UHGV virus genome: UHGV-0211193
Strand: one strand, 5' to 3'
Source: a virus
DNA: 42,026 nt
The number at the start of each line of letters is the position of its first letter. Positions within the stretch are counted from its first letter, which is position 1. Position numbers and translations under genes: made by a program. The notes below the pieces were generated by a model. The model saw nothing but the letters and a program-made list of their open reading frames with translations, ran no database searches and was not told where the DNA came from. Positions 41,798-42,026 of the stretch are shown here, one piece after another.

Positions 41798-41989
41798 CTA
41801 TTTGAGAAGTTCTTTCTTATTGGGGTGAAGCTTAACTAAAGTCAAACCCATTTCAAAGGATGGTGATTTTCTTTTACCGTTTTTAAGCTCACATATATAA
41901 GATTTAGAAATCCCCGTCTTTTCCGATAGTGATGCTTGAGTAAATTTCTGATGCTCCAAAACATCAATAATAATTTGTTTCCAGTCCAT
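41798..41989 (-). CDS. Cro/CI-type HTH (XRE family) transcriptional regulator. The true start is likely ATG 41989 (MDWKQ...), after AGGAGGG.
   Basis: HTH FTQASLSEKTGISKSYICELKNGKR. Strong RBS. First gene of the leftward early operon and divergent from gene 64. Confidence 0.65.
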   Translation of the reverse strand: MDWKQIIIDVLEHQKFTQASLSEKTGISKSYICELKNGKRKSPSFEMGLTLVKLHPNKKELLK

Positions 41990-42026
41990 ACGACCCTCCT
42001 GTATTACCCACATAATAAAATATTAA

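Overview
The window reads as a near-complete tailed-phage genome of about 42 kb, AT-rich, with contractile-tail (myovirus-type) structural genes; this is inferred from the sequence alone, with no database search. A GH19 endolysin and tail-fibre N-termini suggest an Acinetobacter-like host, tentatively.

Gene layout:
- 64-4986 (+): early/recombination operon with a RecT recombinase, a YqaJ-type exonuclease and a MazG-like pyrophosphatase, closed by a bidirectional terminator at 4985-5014.
- 5081-34326 (-): late genes, read from high to low coordinates.
  - Packaging and head: TerS, a decayed HNH remnant, TerL, portal, an SPP1-gp7/Mu-F-like head morphogenesis protein, a protease/scaffold, a possible decoration protein, and a lambda-E-like major capsid protein, followed by connector proteins.
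  - An accessory (moron) cassette with its own promoter, inserted between the head morphogenesis and protease genes.
  - An alanine/glutamate/glutamine/lysine-rich coiled-coil gene forming its own transcription unit.
  - Tail: a Mu-like contractile tail module (sheath, tube, a chaperone pair with a programmed -1 frameshift, tape measure, baseplate hub, gpV/gpW/gpJ) and two receptor-binding proteins that share an N-terminal anchor.
  - Lysis: two holin candidates and a GH19 endolysin.
- 34979-41989 (-): early/replication genes, including a VRR-NUC-like nuclease, a Zn-finger protein with a PKPKPK linker, an initiator gene carrying iterons, an HNH endonuclease, and a Cro-like HTH protein.

Transcription signals: a conserved 17-mer, TTTACTATAGCGAATAT, is a promoter-associated motif and precedes at least six transcription units. 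Many rho-independent terminators are visible.

Main leads for follow-up:
- Two ORF-free structured loci, 19767-20354 and 34418-34978. The second carries two copies of a hairpin repeat with a compensatory base change.
- The moron cassette at 26764-28548.
- Several well-supported small genes under 60 aa that are missing from the ORF track.

No integrase, tRNA, CRISPR array or reverse transcriptase is visible.
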